Source: an uncultured Spirochaetaceae bacterium (GTDB lineage: Bacteria; Spirochaetota; Spirochaetia; SZUA-6; DRHE01). From it: a stretch of 64,000 nt of DNA. The stretch is taken from assembly GCA_964390045.1 (NCBI GenBank), contig CAYMGP010000008.1, positions 2,726-66,725 of the forward strand. Direction: 5' to 3'. Within the stretch, counting starts at the first letter, position 1. Each line of letters starts with the position of its first letter. The position numbers and the translations under genes were made by a program. This document shows positions 21,297 to 29,911 of this stretch, piece after piece. A model generated the notes under the pieces. That model saw only the letters and a list, made by a program, of their open reading frames with translations. It did no database searches and was not told the DNA's origin.

Positions 21297-22309
21297 CTCC
21301 GATCCTCCTCGCCCGTTTCCTCTTCGAGGGTTATGGCTCGTCTGGTCCTGGCTCGCCTCTGATAGGCACTGAAAGAAACACTAAGGATGATCACCAGCCC
21401 AATGAAAACATTGTACCAGAACGAAGAAACCCGCATCAGGGTCAGACCGTTGCTCATGATGGCGATCAGGGCAACGCCGAGAATCGTGCCGAGCAGCGTA
21501 CCCGTGCCTCCGGCCAGACTGGCTCCGCCCAGCACCACGGCGGCCAGCACGTCGAGCTCCTTGCCCACGATCGAGTTGGGGGCCACGGTTTGCACGAGCA
21601 GCGCCTGCACCAGCCCCGCCAACCCGGCCATCAGACCCATGAAGGAGTACACGAACATCTGCAGCCTGAAAATGTTGAACCCGACCCGTCTGGCTGCCGT
21701 GATGCTCCCCCCCATGGCGTAGATGCCTCTACCAAGCTTTGTGTAGCGTAGGATGGCCCAGGCCACGGCGATGACTATGAACCAGATCACCGTAATAATG
21801 GACAACCCGTAGGCTATGCCACCCGAAGTATGCAGAGTAAAAATCCGGATATCGGCAAAGGCCCGAAACCAGTCCGGCAGGGCGTAGATCCACTTCCCAC
21901 CGGAGATTACGGTGAGTATTCCGTAAAAGATATTCAGCGTGGCGATCGTGGTTATGATCGTCGGGATTTTGAAATAGTATATGAGGGTCGCATTGATCAA
22001 ACCGAGAGCGATTCCTATCCCGGCGGTGAGCAGGAAGGCATAAAACATGTTCCCGCCGTACCTGATGATGACAACGGCCATCACGTATTCGGCCACCGTG
22101 GCCACGGCGGTAAAGGAGATGTCGATTCCTCCGGAAATTAAAACAAAGGTAACTCCGACGGCGAAAATCCCGATGAACGAGTAGCTCTTCAGCACATCGA
22201 AGAGGTTTTCCAGAGTCATGAAATTGGGATTGAAAATGGTAATAACGATCGAAAAAAGCACGATCACGAGCAGTACGTACATCTCGTGATGCCTGAACCA
22301 TTTCTTCAT
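21293..22309 (-). CDS. ABC transporter permease (RbsC/LsrC-like)
   Basis: Polytopic membrane protein homologous in architecture to the adjacent permease. Confidence 0.8.
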   Translation of the reverse strand: MKKWFRHHEMYVLLVIVLFSIVITIFNPNFMTLENLFDVLKSYSFIGIFAVGVTFVLISGGIDISFTAVATVAEYVMAVVIIRYGGNMFYAFLLTAGIGIALGLINATLIYYFKIPTIITTIATLNIFYGILTVISGGKWIYALPDWFRAFADIRIFTLHTSGGIAYGLSIITVIWFIVIAVAWAILRYTKLGRGIYAMGGSITAARRVGFNIFRLQMFVYSFMGLMAGLAGLVQALLVQTVAPNSIVGKELDVLAAVVLGGASLAGGTGTLLGTILGVALIAIMSNGLTLMRVSSFWYNVFIGLVIILSVSFSAYQRRARTRRAITLEEETGEEDRS

Positions 22310-22321
22310 ACGAACGATCCT

Positions 22322-23821
22322 CTATCCTGCCGCATCGATGCAGCTTTGCAGCGCATCTTCGCTGGTATCTGTAGCCTGGAATTCCCGCAGGAACTTTCCT
22401 TTGTGCATTACCAGGATGCGGTTGCAGTTGTGAAATACTTCGGTGACCTCGTCGGAGATGATGATGATGCCGATTCCCCGCTCGGCCAGTTTGCGGATGA
22501 TCTCGTGTATGCTGCTCTTGGCAGCCACGTCGATTCCCACCGTAGGGCCGTCGAGGATCAGGATCTTCGGGTCGGTGGCGATCCACTTGGCCAGAACAAC
22601 TCGCTGCTGATTCCCTCCGGAAAGCGTCTGTACCGGGGAATCGGAGCTGGGGACTCTGATAGAAAGTTCCTCGATCCAGCGTTCGACGCTGTTCTGCCTT
22701 CTCTTCCGATCGATCAGACGAAGCGCTCCAAGAAGCTTTTCGATGATCGTTATCACCACATTCTTGCCCACCGACTGCTCCATGACCAATCCCTGGACAA
22801 GTCGATTTTCAGGCACGTAACTGATTCCCAGCTCGATCGCCTTCTGTACCGACCGTATCTTGACCTTCTTCTGATCGATAAAGGTTTCACCTGATTCCGG
22901 CTCGTTCATGCCGAACAGGGATTGAGCAAGCTCGGTGCGTCCCGAGCCCAGCAGGCCGGTAATTCCCAGGATCTCACCGGGATAAAGCTCGAAGCTGATA
23001 TTCTTAAAGTTTCCCGCCTTGCCCAAACCCCGGACCTCGAGCAGCGGCCGGCTTTCCCGGGAAACGTAGCTGTACTGACTGTATTCTAGCTTTTTACCCG
23101 TCATCAGGAAGGCGAGCTTGTCGCCGTTCAGCTCTTCGCTTGCAAAGACCCCGATCTTCTTCCCATCCCTGAGGATCGTCACCTTCTGAGCGATCTGCAG
23201 CACCTCGTCGAGCTTATGGCTTACGAACAGGGTGGCGATACCCTTCGACTGCAGGTCCTGGATCACCCGGAACAGGGCTCCGACTTCTTTCTTGGTAAGA
23301 GCGGTGGTGGGTTCGTCGAGAATGAGAAGCTTCACATCACTGGTCAGCGCCCGGCAGATGGCAACAAGCTGCTGATCGGCCACGGACAGGTCGTTGACCA
23401 GCTCATCGAGTGCGATCCGTACCTCGATCCTGTTCATAGCGGTTTCCGCGATCCGGCGCACTTCTTTCCAGCGGATTATACTGTTCTCCGCCGCGATCGT
23501 CTGGGCCAGGGCGATGTTTTCCGCAACCATGAGGTTCGGAAACAGAGAAAGGTCCTGGTAAATAACCTCGATGCCTCGCCGGATCGAGTCGATCGAGCTG
23601 AGGTGATGATGCGGCTGCCCATCAATTTCTATTTGAGCACCATCGTCGGGCTGCTCGACGCCCGAGATGATCTTGATGAGCGTGGACTTTCCCGACCCGT
23701 TTTCGCCAACCAGACAGTGAATTTCTCCTTTTTCAATGTCGAAATCCACGGAATCGAGAGCCTGGACGCCGGTATAACGTTTGCTGATGTTTTTCATGGA
23801 AAGGAACAGATCGGCCATCAA
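22322..23821 (-). CDS. Sugar ABC transporter ATP-binding protein, duplicated ATPase (RbsA/MglA/LsrA type)
   Basis: Two nucleotide-binding domains: Walker A GENGSGKST and GLLGSGRT; signature LSVADQQ and LSGGNQQ. Confidence 0.85.
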   Translation of the reverse strand: MMADLFLSMKNISKRYTGVQALDSVDFDIEKGEIHCLVGENGSGKSTLIKIISGVEQPDDGAQIEIDGQPHHHLSSIDSIRRGIEVIYQDLSLFPNLMVAENIALAQTIAAENSIIRWKEVRRIAETAMNRIEVRIALDELVNDLSVADQQLVAICRALTSDVKLLILDEPTTALTKKEVGALFRVIQDLQSKGIATLFVSHKLDEVLQIAQKVTILRDGKKIGVFASEELNGDKLAFLMTGKKLEYSQYSYVSRESRPLLEVRGLGKAGNFKNISFELYPGEILGITGLLGSGRTELAQSLFGMNEPESGETFIDQKKVKIRSVQKAIELGISYVPENRLVQGLVMEQSVGKNVVITIIEKLLGALRLIDRKRRQNSVERWIEELSIRVPSSDSPVQTLSGGNQQRVVLAKWIATDPKILILDGPTVGIDVAAKSSIHEIIRKLAERGIGIIIISDEVTEVFHNCNRILVMHKGKFLREFQATDTSEDALQSCIDAAG

Positions 23822-23943
23822 TTTCCCCTTGTCAGCAGGTACGAATGCAAAGCGACGCCGGCCATTATAGCGCGCTGTCGAGAAAAAATGAATAGAGCCT
23901 CCCCTGGAGAGGCTCTATTGTTTTTTAAGGCTAGATTTCGACC

Positions 23944-24942
23944 TTAGAATCCGAATCCATCCACGTTTTCGGGCGTGATGTCAGCCATGGCGTCGACTTT
24001 GATTACGTCTCCGTCGAGGCTGACCTTCCCTACTCCCGGGACTTCCATGCCGTCGCTCATCTTTCCACCTTCGAGCATCGTCTTGGCCACCCAGGTGAGA
24101 GAGTAGCCGGCGTCTTTCGGATCCCACAGGATACCCCACTGCATGCAGCCCTCTTTGAGGTACGGGGCGGCGTGTCCGGGAATCACGGTACCGACAATTG
24201 TTACCTTTCCGCAGAGTCCCTTTTCCTTCAGGGCCTGGGCCGCTCCCGGAGGTCCGAGACTTCCGAAACCGACGATGCCCTTGAGGTCGGGATAGGCCTT
24301 GAGCAGCTCCAGGGTCTTCTGTTTGGAGAGCTCCTGGTCCTCGCCGCAGGGGATCCTCTTGGTTACGAGCTTCAAGCCGGGGTATTTCTCTTTGGCCCAC
24401 TTGAGACCTTCATCCGCCCACAGGTTGTGCAGGGGTACGGTCAGAGAGCCCACGAAGATGGCGAACTCCCCGGTGTCACCCATGAACTCCACCAGTTTAT
24501 CCCAGTGGTGCCGACCGAACTCCACGTTGTCGATCAGCTCTATGTCGTAGTCTTTTCCCACCTGGTCCGGTGATTCATGAGTCAGGACAACGATTCCCTT
24601 TTCTTTCGCCTTGGCGAAAGCCGGTTCCAGGGCCTTGGCGTCATTGGGAACCACGCAGATCGCATCCACTCCCTTGCTGATCAGGTCCTCGACGATCTTG
24701 ACCTGCTGGGCCGGATCGGCGTCGGCCGGGCCGAGCTGATAGGCGTTCACACCCAGGTCGGCTTTGGCCTGATTGACTCCTTCCTCGAGACGGTTGAACC
24801 AGGGGATTCCTGTAATTTTGACCACCGTGACGATTTCGTACTCCTTCGCTTCTTCCTTCTTTCGGCACGATACGAACAAGAGAGGAATAACGAAGAGAAG
24901 CAGCACCGCTACGATGAGCAACCGTTTGGACCATGTACGCAT
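23944..24942 (-). CDS. Periplasmic sugar-binding lipoprotein of the ABC transporter (RbsB/LsrB-like)
   Basis: Start at ATG 24942 preceded by AAGGAGGTG; signal plus lipobox LLFVSC; type I periplasmic-binding fold. Confidence 0.8.
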   Translation of the reverse strand: MRTWSKRLLIVAVLLLFVIPLLFVSCRKKEEAKEYEIVTVVKITGIPWFNRLEEGVNQAKADLGVNAYQLGPADADPAQQVKIVEDLISKGVDAICVVPNDAKALEPAFAKAKEKGIVVLTHESPDQVGKDYDIELIDNVEFGRHHWDKLVEFMGDTGEFAIFVGSLTVPLHNLWADEGLKWAKEKYPGLKLVTKRIPCGEDQELSKQKTLELLKAYPDLKGIVGFGSLGPPGAAQALKEKGLCGKVTIVGTVIPGHAAPYLKEGCMQWGILWDPKDAGYSLTWVAKTMLEGGKMSDGMEVPGVGKVSLDGDVIKVDAMADITPENVDGFGF

Positions 24943-25104
24943 AACGCACCTCCTTCGTTTGGTTTTATTAATAATGGGCATTGAGCCCATTTATTATAAA
25001 AAAATGTTGACAAAATGTTCTAATTTTGTTACAAAGCCCATGTAACGAACAATTAAAGCGTGAATTTGAACAATTGTCAAGCGTTTTATCGGGAATTGTA
25101 AAGA
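24943..25104. promoter_or_regulatory. Divergent promoter/operator region with inverted repeats
   Basis: AT-rich intergenic segment between the divergent SBP and DeoR genes. Inverted repeat TAATAATGGGC-attga-GCCCATTTATTA, TTGACAA -35-like elements and a second imperfect inverted repeat TTGACAAAATGTTC...GAACAATTGTCAA. Confidence 0.4.
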
Positions 25105-25899
25105 ATGTCATACGAACGAACCAAAAGACTAAGGAACCTCGTCAATCTGCTGAATCAGAAATCAGAGATGGCGGTAAAGGAAATCGCCGAGATGCTTCAT
25201 GTTTCCGATATGACGGTACGAAGGGATCTGAACGAACTGGAAAACAAGAGAATCATCCGCAGAACCGACGGGGGCGCGAGGCTACTCAATCCAGCGTGAA
25301 AGATGAACGATCTGTATATTCTCGGCGAACAAACAGCCAAGATTGTAGAGCAGAAAAATAAGATCGGAATCACAGCCGCCTCTCTCGTTCAACCTCACGA
25401 AACGATATTTCTTGACTCCGGCTCCACTACTCCATTTGTAGCCAAGCATATAGACAGAGAGATCCCGATAACCGTGCTCTGTTACACCTTCACCAATGCT
25501 TTGGAGTTCTATTCAAGAACGAACACAAACCTCATCCTGTTGGGCGGGTACTTTCATAGAGATTCGAATATATTCCACAGCGACGAAAGCAGGGCATTGA
25601 TCAACAACACCCGAGCCGACAGAGCGTTCATCTCGACGGCCGGTCTCGATCCGGATCTCGGATTGACGACTTTCTTTTATTTTGAAGCAGATATCAAGAG
25701 AGAGATGATCCGCTCGGCCAAGCAGATCATACTTGTCGCGGATTCGAGTAAATTCGGAAAAATCAGCGTCACTCATTTTACAGGTCTCGACGAAGTGGAT
25801 ACCGTCATCACGGACAGCGGCATCCCGGATGAATACAGAAAGATACTCGGAGATCGGGGAATCGAGCTGATTATCGCGGACGGAGGCAGTTCTCGGTGA
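25105..25899 (+). pseudogene. DeoR-family transcriptional regulator interrupted by an in-frame TGA (HTH fragment 25105..25299, sensor fragment 25303..25899)
   Basis: The first ORF encodes only the winged-HTH region (EIAEMLHVSDMTVRRDLNELE); TGA sits at 25297-25299; the next ATG is in the same frame 3 nt later and encodes the DeoR C-terminal sugar-phosphate-binding domain. Confidence 0.55.
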
Positions 25900-26663
25900 A
25901 CATGGACTTCTCAGGAAAAACTGTAATCGTCACAGGAGGTTCCCGGGGCATCGGGGCGGCAACCAGCGTTCTCTTCGCCGCTTGCGGTGCGCACGTGATG
26001 ATCGACTATCTGCCCATAGAAGCAGATATCGAAGGCTTGAAGCAGATAGAAAAGGAGATCCGCAGTCGGGGTGGAACGTGCGAAGTGTTCGCCGGCGACG
26101 TCACCCGCCCCGAGGAGATGGAAGCGCTCTGCACCAGGACTGCAGAAAAGTTCGGCACTATAGACATTCTCGTCAACAGTGCGGGATTCACACAACCGGC
26201 CAAGATCACAGAAATTACGGTTGATCTCTGGAAGAAGGGAATCGAGATCAATCTGAGCGGGGCCTTCTACATTTCCCATTCGGCCTCGAAATATATGATT
26301 TCCCGCGGGCAGGGGCGAATCATCTATATCGGATCGGCCGCTTCCATTTCCGGCGGCGGGGGTTCGGTATTCTACTCTTCAGCTAAAGCAGGTATCAACG
26401 GCATGGTGCGAGCGCTCTCCAAGGAGCTGGCACCTCTGGGTATTACTGTGAACGCCGTGCTGCCTGCGCTCATCGAAACGGACCTTTTACGGGATAAAGA
26501 GCCCGATCCGGTGAAGAGAAACAAGTATATCGAAAGAATACCGGTTGGACGGTTTGGAACTCCGGAAGATGTGGCCTACACAGTGCTGTTCCTCGCCTCC
26601 GAATATTCCGGATTCATTACAGGACAGACTATCATCGTTGATGGTGGCGCAACGTATAACTAA
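25896..26663 (+). CDS. Short-chain dehydrogenase/reductase (SDR)
   Basis: GKTVIVTGGSRGIG Rossmann motif and catalytic YSSAK; 4-nt overlap with the upstream gene. Confidence 0.8.
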   Translation: MNMDFSGKTVIVTGGSRGIGAATSVLFAACGAHVMIDYLPIEADIEGLKQIEKEIRSRGGTCEVFAGDVTRPEEMEALCTRTAEKFGTIDILVNSAGFTQPAKITEITVDLWKKGIEINLSGAFYISHSASKYMISRGQGRIIYIGSAASISGGGGSVFYSSAKAGINGMVRALSKELAPLGITVNAVLPALIETDLLRDKEPDPVKRNKYIERIPVGRFGTPEDVAYTVLFLASEYSGFITGQTIIVDGGATYN

Positions 26664-26680
26664 TCAGAACGGAGGATACG

Positions 26681-27244
26681 ATGGACAAACAGGCGATAAT
26701 CGAAGCAGCGTACAAGCTCGGCTTTGCGGGGGAGCACGACGTCAGAGGGTGTGCTCAGTGCGCCCTGGCAGCCGTTCAGGACGCCCTGAAGATCAGAAAT
26801 GATTTTGTGTACAAGTCGGCCAGTGGCTTGGCCGGAGGAGGAGGAGAGCGCATCGACGGCCTGTGCGGGGGCTATTCCGGAGGCATTATAGCGATGAGCA
26901 TGTTCTTCGGCAGGACGAGGCCTGAAGAGGCGACCAAGAAGGGCAGAGCGGATAAATACATGTCCTTTAGAATGGCCTCTGACCTGCACGACAAATTCAT
27001 AGAAAAGTACGGCACCGTCCTCTGCTGCGAGATACATAAAAAAATCTTTGGAAGAGCGTTCGATCTTCATGATGATGAGCAGAAACAGATGTTCCGCGAC
27101 GCCGGGGCTCATGAGCTTCCCGACAAGTGCTGTGATGTAATCGGCAACGGCGCCCGCTGGGCCACCGAGCTGATACTCGCCGAGATGGAGGACCAAGGAT
27201 TGACCCTGGAGGATTTCCAATATCTCATCCACCCGAAAGAGTAA
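26681..27244 (+). CDS. C_GCAxxG_C_C family protein (putative redox-active)
   Basis: Eponymous motif GCAQCALAAV plus additional Cys pairs (LCGGYSGG, CCEIH, KCCDV). Confidence 0.7.
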   Translation: MDKQAIIEAAYKLGFAGEHDVRGCAQCALAAVQDALKIRNDFVYKSASGLAGGGGERIDGLCGGYSGGIIAMSMFFGRTRPEEATKKGRADKYMSFRMASDLHDKFIEKYGTVLCCEIHKKIFGRAFDLHDDEQKQMFRDAGAHELPDKCCDVIGNGARWATELILAEMEDQGLTLEDFQYLIHPKE

Positions 27245-27268
27245 TTATCGATAGAGGAGGTGAACCCG

Positions 27269-28150
27269 ATGCCCGAAGCGGATAAAGAAGGGAAACAATA
27301 CTACGCAGAGATTCCTCAGAAATCCGAGCTGTTTTTTCTTAAAGGCTCGACAGAGCTCGATTGGGGAATGAAAAACAGGCTGGCGCGGATATTCAATCCG
27401 CAAGACGGCCGAACCGTAATGCTGGCCGTGGACCACGGCTATTTTCAGGGCCCGACCTCGGGACTGGAACGAATCGACGTTAATATCATGCCGCTGGTTC
27501 CTGAGGCGGATGTGCTGATGCTGACCCGCGGTATCTTGAGGACGATCGTGCCGCCTTCAGTAACGAAACCTGTTGTCATCAGGGCCTCGGGAGGGCCGAG
27601 CATTCTCAAAGAGCTGTCCGACGAGCAGATCGCCATGGACATGGAGGACTGCATCCGCCTGGGGGTTTGCGCCACTGCTATCCAGGTATTCATCGGCGGA
27701 CAGTTCGAGTCGCGCTCCGTCGTCAACATGACCAAGCTGGTAGACGCGGGCCTGCGCTATGGAATACCCACGATGGCCGTCACCGCGGTCGGCCGCGAGC
27801 TGGAGAGAAACGCCAAGTATTTTCGTCTCGCCACCCGGATCTGCGCCGAGCTGGGAGCGCACTACGTAAAAACCTACTATGTTGAGGAAGGATTCGAAAC
27901 GGTTATCGCGGCCTGTCCCGTACCGATCGTGATCGCCGGCGGCAAGAAACAGCCCGAGATGGATGCCCTGACCATGGCCTACAACGCCATCGATCAAGGT
28001 GCTTGCGGCGTGGATATGGGACGCAATATCTTTCAGTCTGACTCTCCCATAGCAATGATGAAGGCGGTCAAGGCTGTTGTGCATGGCAAAGAGGATCCTA
28101 AGAAGGCATTCGAGCTTTACCAAACGATCAAGAACGAGGTGAAAAAGTAA
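27269..28150 (+). CDS. DhnA-type class I aldolase (FbaB/LsrF/YihT family)
   Basis: TIM-barrel class I aldolase pattern with the probable Schiff-base lysine in [16 protein letters not shown] 8 nt upstream of ATG 27269 (track GTG start at 27260). Confidence 0.75.
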   Translation: MPEADKEGKQYYAEIPQKSELFFLKGSTELDWGMKNRLARIFNPQDGRTVMLAVDHGYFQGPTSGLERIDVNIMPLVPEADVLMLTRGILRTIVPPSVTKPVVIRASGGPSILKELSDEQIAMDMEDCIRLGVCATAIQVFIGGQFESRSVVNMTKLVDAGLRYGIPTMAVTAVGRELERNAKYFRLATRICAELGAHYVKTYYVEEGFETVIAACPVPIVIAGGKKQPEMDALTMAYNAIDQGACGVDMGRNIFQSDSPIAMMKAVKAVVHGKEDPKKAFELYQTIKNEVKK

Positions 28151-28159
28151 AGATCACTC

Positions 28160-28879
28160 ATGCGCTACTTGAAAAAATACGACGCCGAGATACGTGACTT
28201 CCTGGCCGTGTGCAAGCGGTTGAGCGACAAGATGTACGTCACCAGTCATGGGGGAAATCTCTCCTGCAAGCTGGAAGAGAACCTGGTTCTGATCTCTCCA
28301 ACCTGCATGTGTAAATCCGACATCTCCCTAAAAGATGTGGTTCTTATAGATCTCGAAGGAAAAAAGGTCGCGGGAAACAGGAAACCCACGGGGGAAGTAC
28401 CAATGTACTTGAACTTTTACAGGGATCGGCCCGATGTCAACTCGGTCATCCACTGTCACCCCCCCTACACCAACACGTTTGCCATCCTCAAGGGAACCAA
28501 CTGGCTGATGAGACCCGTGTTCCCGGAAACGGTTGCCGAAGTCGGACCCGTGCCCATCGTGCCCTACGGCGAGCCCCTCACCCAGAGGCTCGCCGACAAC
28601 TTCATTCCCTTTATCAAGCGCTATAACGCCTTTATCATGGAGAACCACGGACTGGTTCTGATGAGCCCGGCCGGCATCCTCCGTACGATGCAGCTGATCG
28701 AGATCCTCGAGGTTACGGCTGTCTCGATTCTTCAGGCCCTGGCCGTAGGAGAGATCGAAGAGTTGAGTAGAGAAGATGTTCAGAACCTCGAGAACACGAT
28801 GCGAACGAGAAACCTGCCTATGATCGGGGCACCGGGAGTGAACAAAACACTGGTCGACCTGTATTTCCCTGAAGGCTGA
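28160..28879 (+). CDS. Class II aldolase/adducin-family protein (fuculose-phosphate aldolase / ribulose-5-P 4-epimerase-like)
   Basis: Class II aldolase-like N-terminal region including the metal-ligand-like histidines in VIHCHPPYT; ~240 aa. Confidence 0.75.
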   Translation: MRYLKKYDAEIRDFLAVCKRLSDKMYVTSHGGNLSCKLEENLVLISPTCMCKSDISLKDVVLIDLEGKKVAGNRKPTGEVPMYLNFYRDRPDVNSVIHCHPPYTNTFAILKGTNWLMRPVFPETVAEVGPVPIVPYGEPLTQRLADNFIPFIKRYNAFIMENHGLVLMSPAGILRTMQLIEILEVTAVSILQALAVGEIEELSREDVQNLENTMRTRNLPMIGAPGVNKTLVDLYFPEG

Positions 28880-28887
28880 CTGACCGG

Positions 28888-29166
28888 CTACTTCTGCGCG
28901 CTCACTCGCGAAAATATCGAGATCAACACCACTGCTGCGATCAGCGAGGCAATGACGTTCACCGAGTTGAAATCGGAGAGGTACTCTATAATATCTGCAA
29001 AGAGATAGTCTATCAGCCCGCCGATGAACGAGCCGATGAGGCCTACGATCAGGGCGCCCCAGAACTTACCCAGCAGAGGCTTGCGCAGGATGAAGGCGTA
29101 GAAAACCGCCGTGGCGAATCCGATGGCGAAGTATGTAAGTCCAACGTTGAAGTAATAAAAAAGCAT
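28888..29166 (-). CDS. GlsB/YeaQ/YmgE-family small membrane protein
   Basis: 92 aa; three glycine-rich TM segments (GALIVGLIGSFIGGLI). Confidence 0.65.
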   Translation of the reverse strand: MLFYYFNVGLTYFAIGFATAVFYAFILRKPLLGKFWGALIVGLIGSFIGGLIDYLFADIIEYLSDFNSVNVIASLIAAVVLISIFSRVSAQK

Positions 29167-29178
29167 CTGCCACCTTTC

Positions 29179-29895
29179 CTACCAGCCGAAATTTACATCT
29201 ATGTACCCGAGAAACTCGGCTTCGCTGTACACATCGACGAAATCCGCTCTTCCGTAGCTCAAAGCATAGGCGAGCATAACAATTTTTTCACCACCCAGAA
29301 TCGAGCTCCATATACCGGATCCCACGTCCGCATCGGTTTCCAAAAAGTGTTCGTCCGCTGGTATGTAGAGGAAGCGCTTGAGGTAGGGATAATAACCTTC
29401 GCCGGTATCCGTGATGTCATAGGGAACACCACGACGGAGCTCGTCCACATAGAAATCGGTTCCACTTCCACTCGTGTCATATCGGTCGGCGATATTCAAT
29501 TCACCCGGAGGATCAAGATTAACAAAAATTGTTTTTCCTGTAGTGGTACCTTCGACAAGCGGACGATCAGGATCGTCTTTTTCGTCTTCATCAAAACGGG
29601 ACAGTCTGTGAAAGCCCTTGGAAACCAGCTCGCTCCGCTCGACGATGTCAGTATCCGTAGTGTCGTCCAGCTTATAGAATTTGTAGTAGATCTCGAAGCC
29701 CTCGAAAATATCGATCTGAGTGGGAAGATCGTTTTCTGTTGTTTTTTGGAAACTAAAATAGAGCCCGCTAGTCAACGCGCCCAGACTGACAGGCGGGCTC
29801 AGATAGGCTATCGTCTCGAGCCCGCACTGGGACAGGGTAAAGAGACAACAGAGGAGTCCGAAACCAGCTGCAATATTAACGATTCGCTTCATCAA
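29179..29895 (-). CDS. Lipoprotein, hypothetical
   Basis: Signal plus lipobox LSQCGLE; acidic, Y-rich. Confidence 0.45.
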   Translation of the reverse strand: MMKRIVNIAAGFGLLCCLFTLSQCGLETIAYLSPPVSLGALTSGLYFSFQKTTENDLPTQIDIFEGFEIYYKFYKLDDTTDTDIVERSELVSKGFHRLSRFDEDEKDDPDRPLVEGTTTGKTIFVNLDPPGELNIADRYDTSGSGTDFYVDELRRGVPYDITDTGEGYYPYLKRFLYIPADEHFLETDADVGSGIWSSILGGEKIVMLAYALSYGRADFVDVYSEAEFLGYIDVNFGW

Positions 29896-29911
29896 ACGCA
29901 GGTTGTCTGCC

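Noticed and set aside
21729-22586. 285-aa Arg/His-rich ORF on the minus strand (overlapping the permease gene) and a companion ORF at 20641..21231
   Set aside because: They are fully nested in alternative frames of well-supported ABC permease genes, and their composition bias is typical of off-frame translation of GC-rich coding DNA.
25297-25299. Selenocysteine recoding of the in-frame TGA in the DeoR gene
   Set aside because: No obvious SECIS-like hairpin was seen immediately downstream, and Sec is not a known feature of DeoR regulators. A nonsense mutation or sequencing error is more parsimonious.
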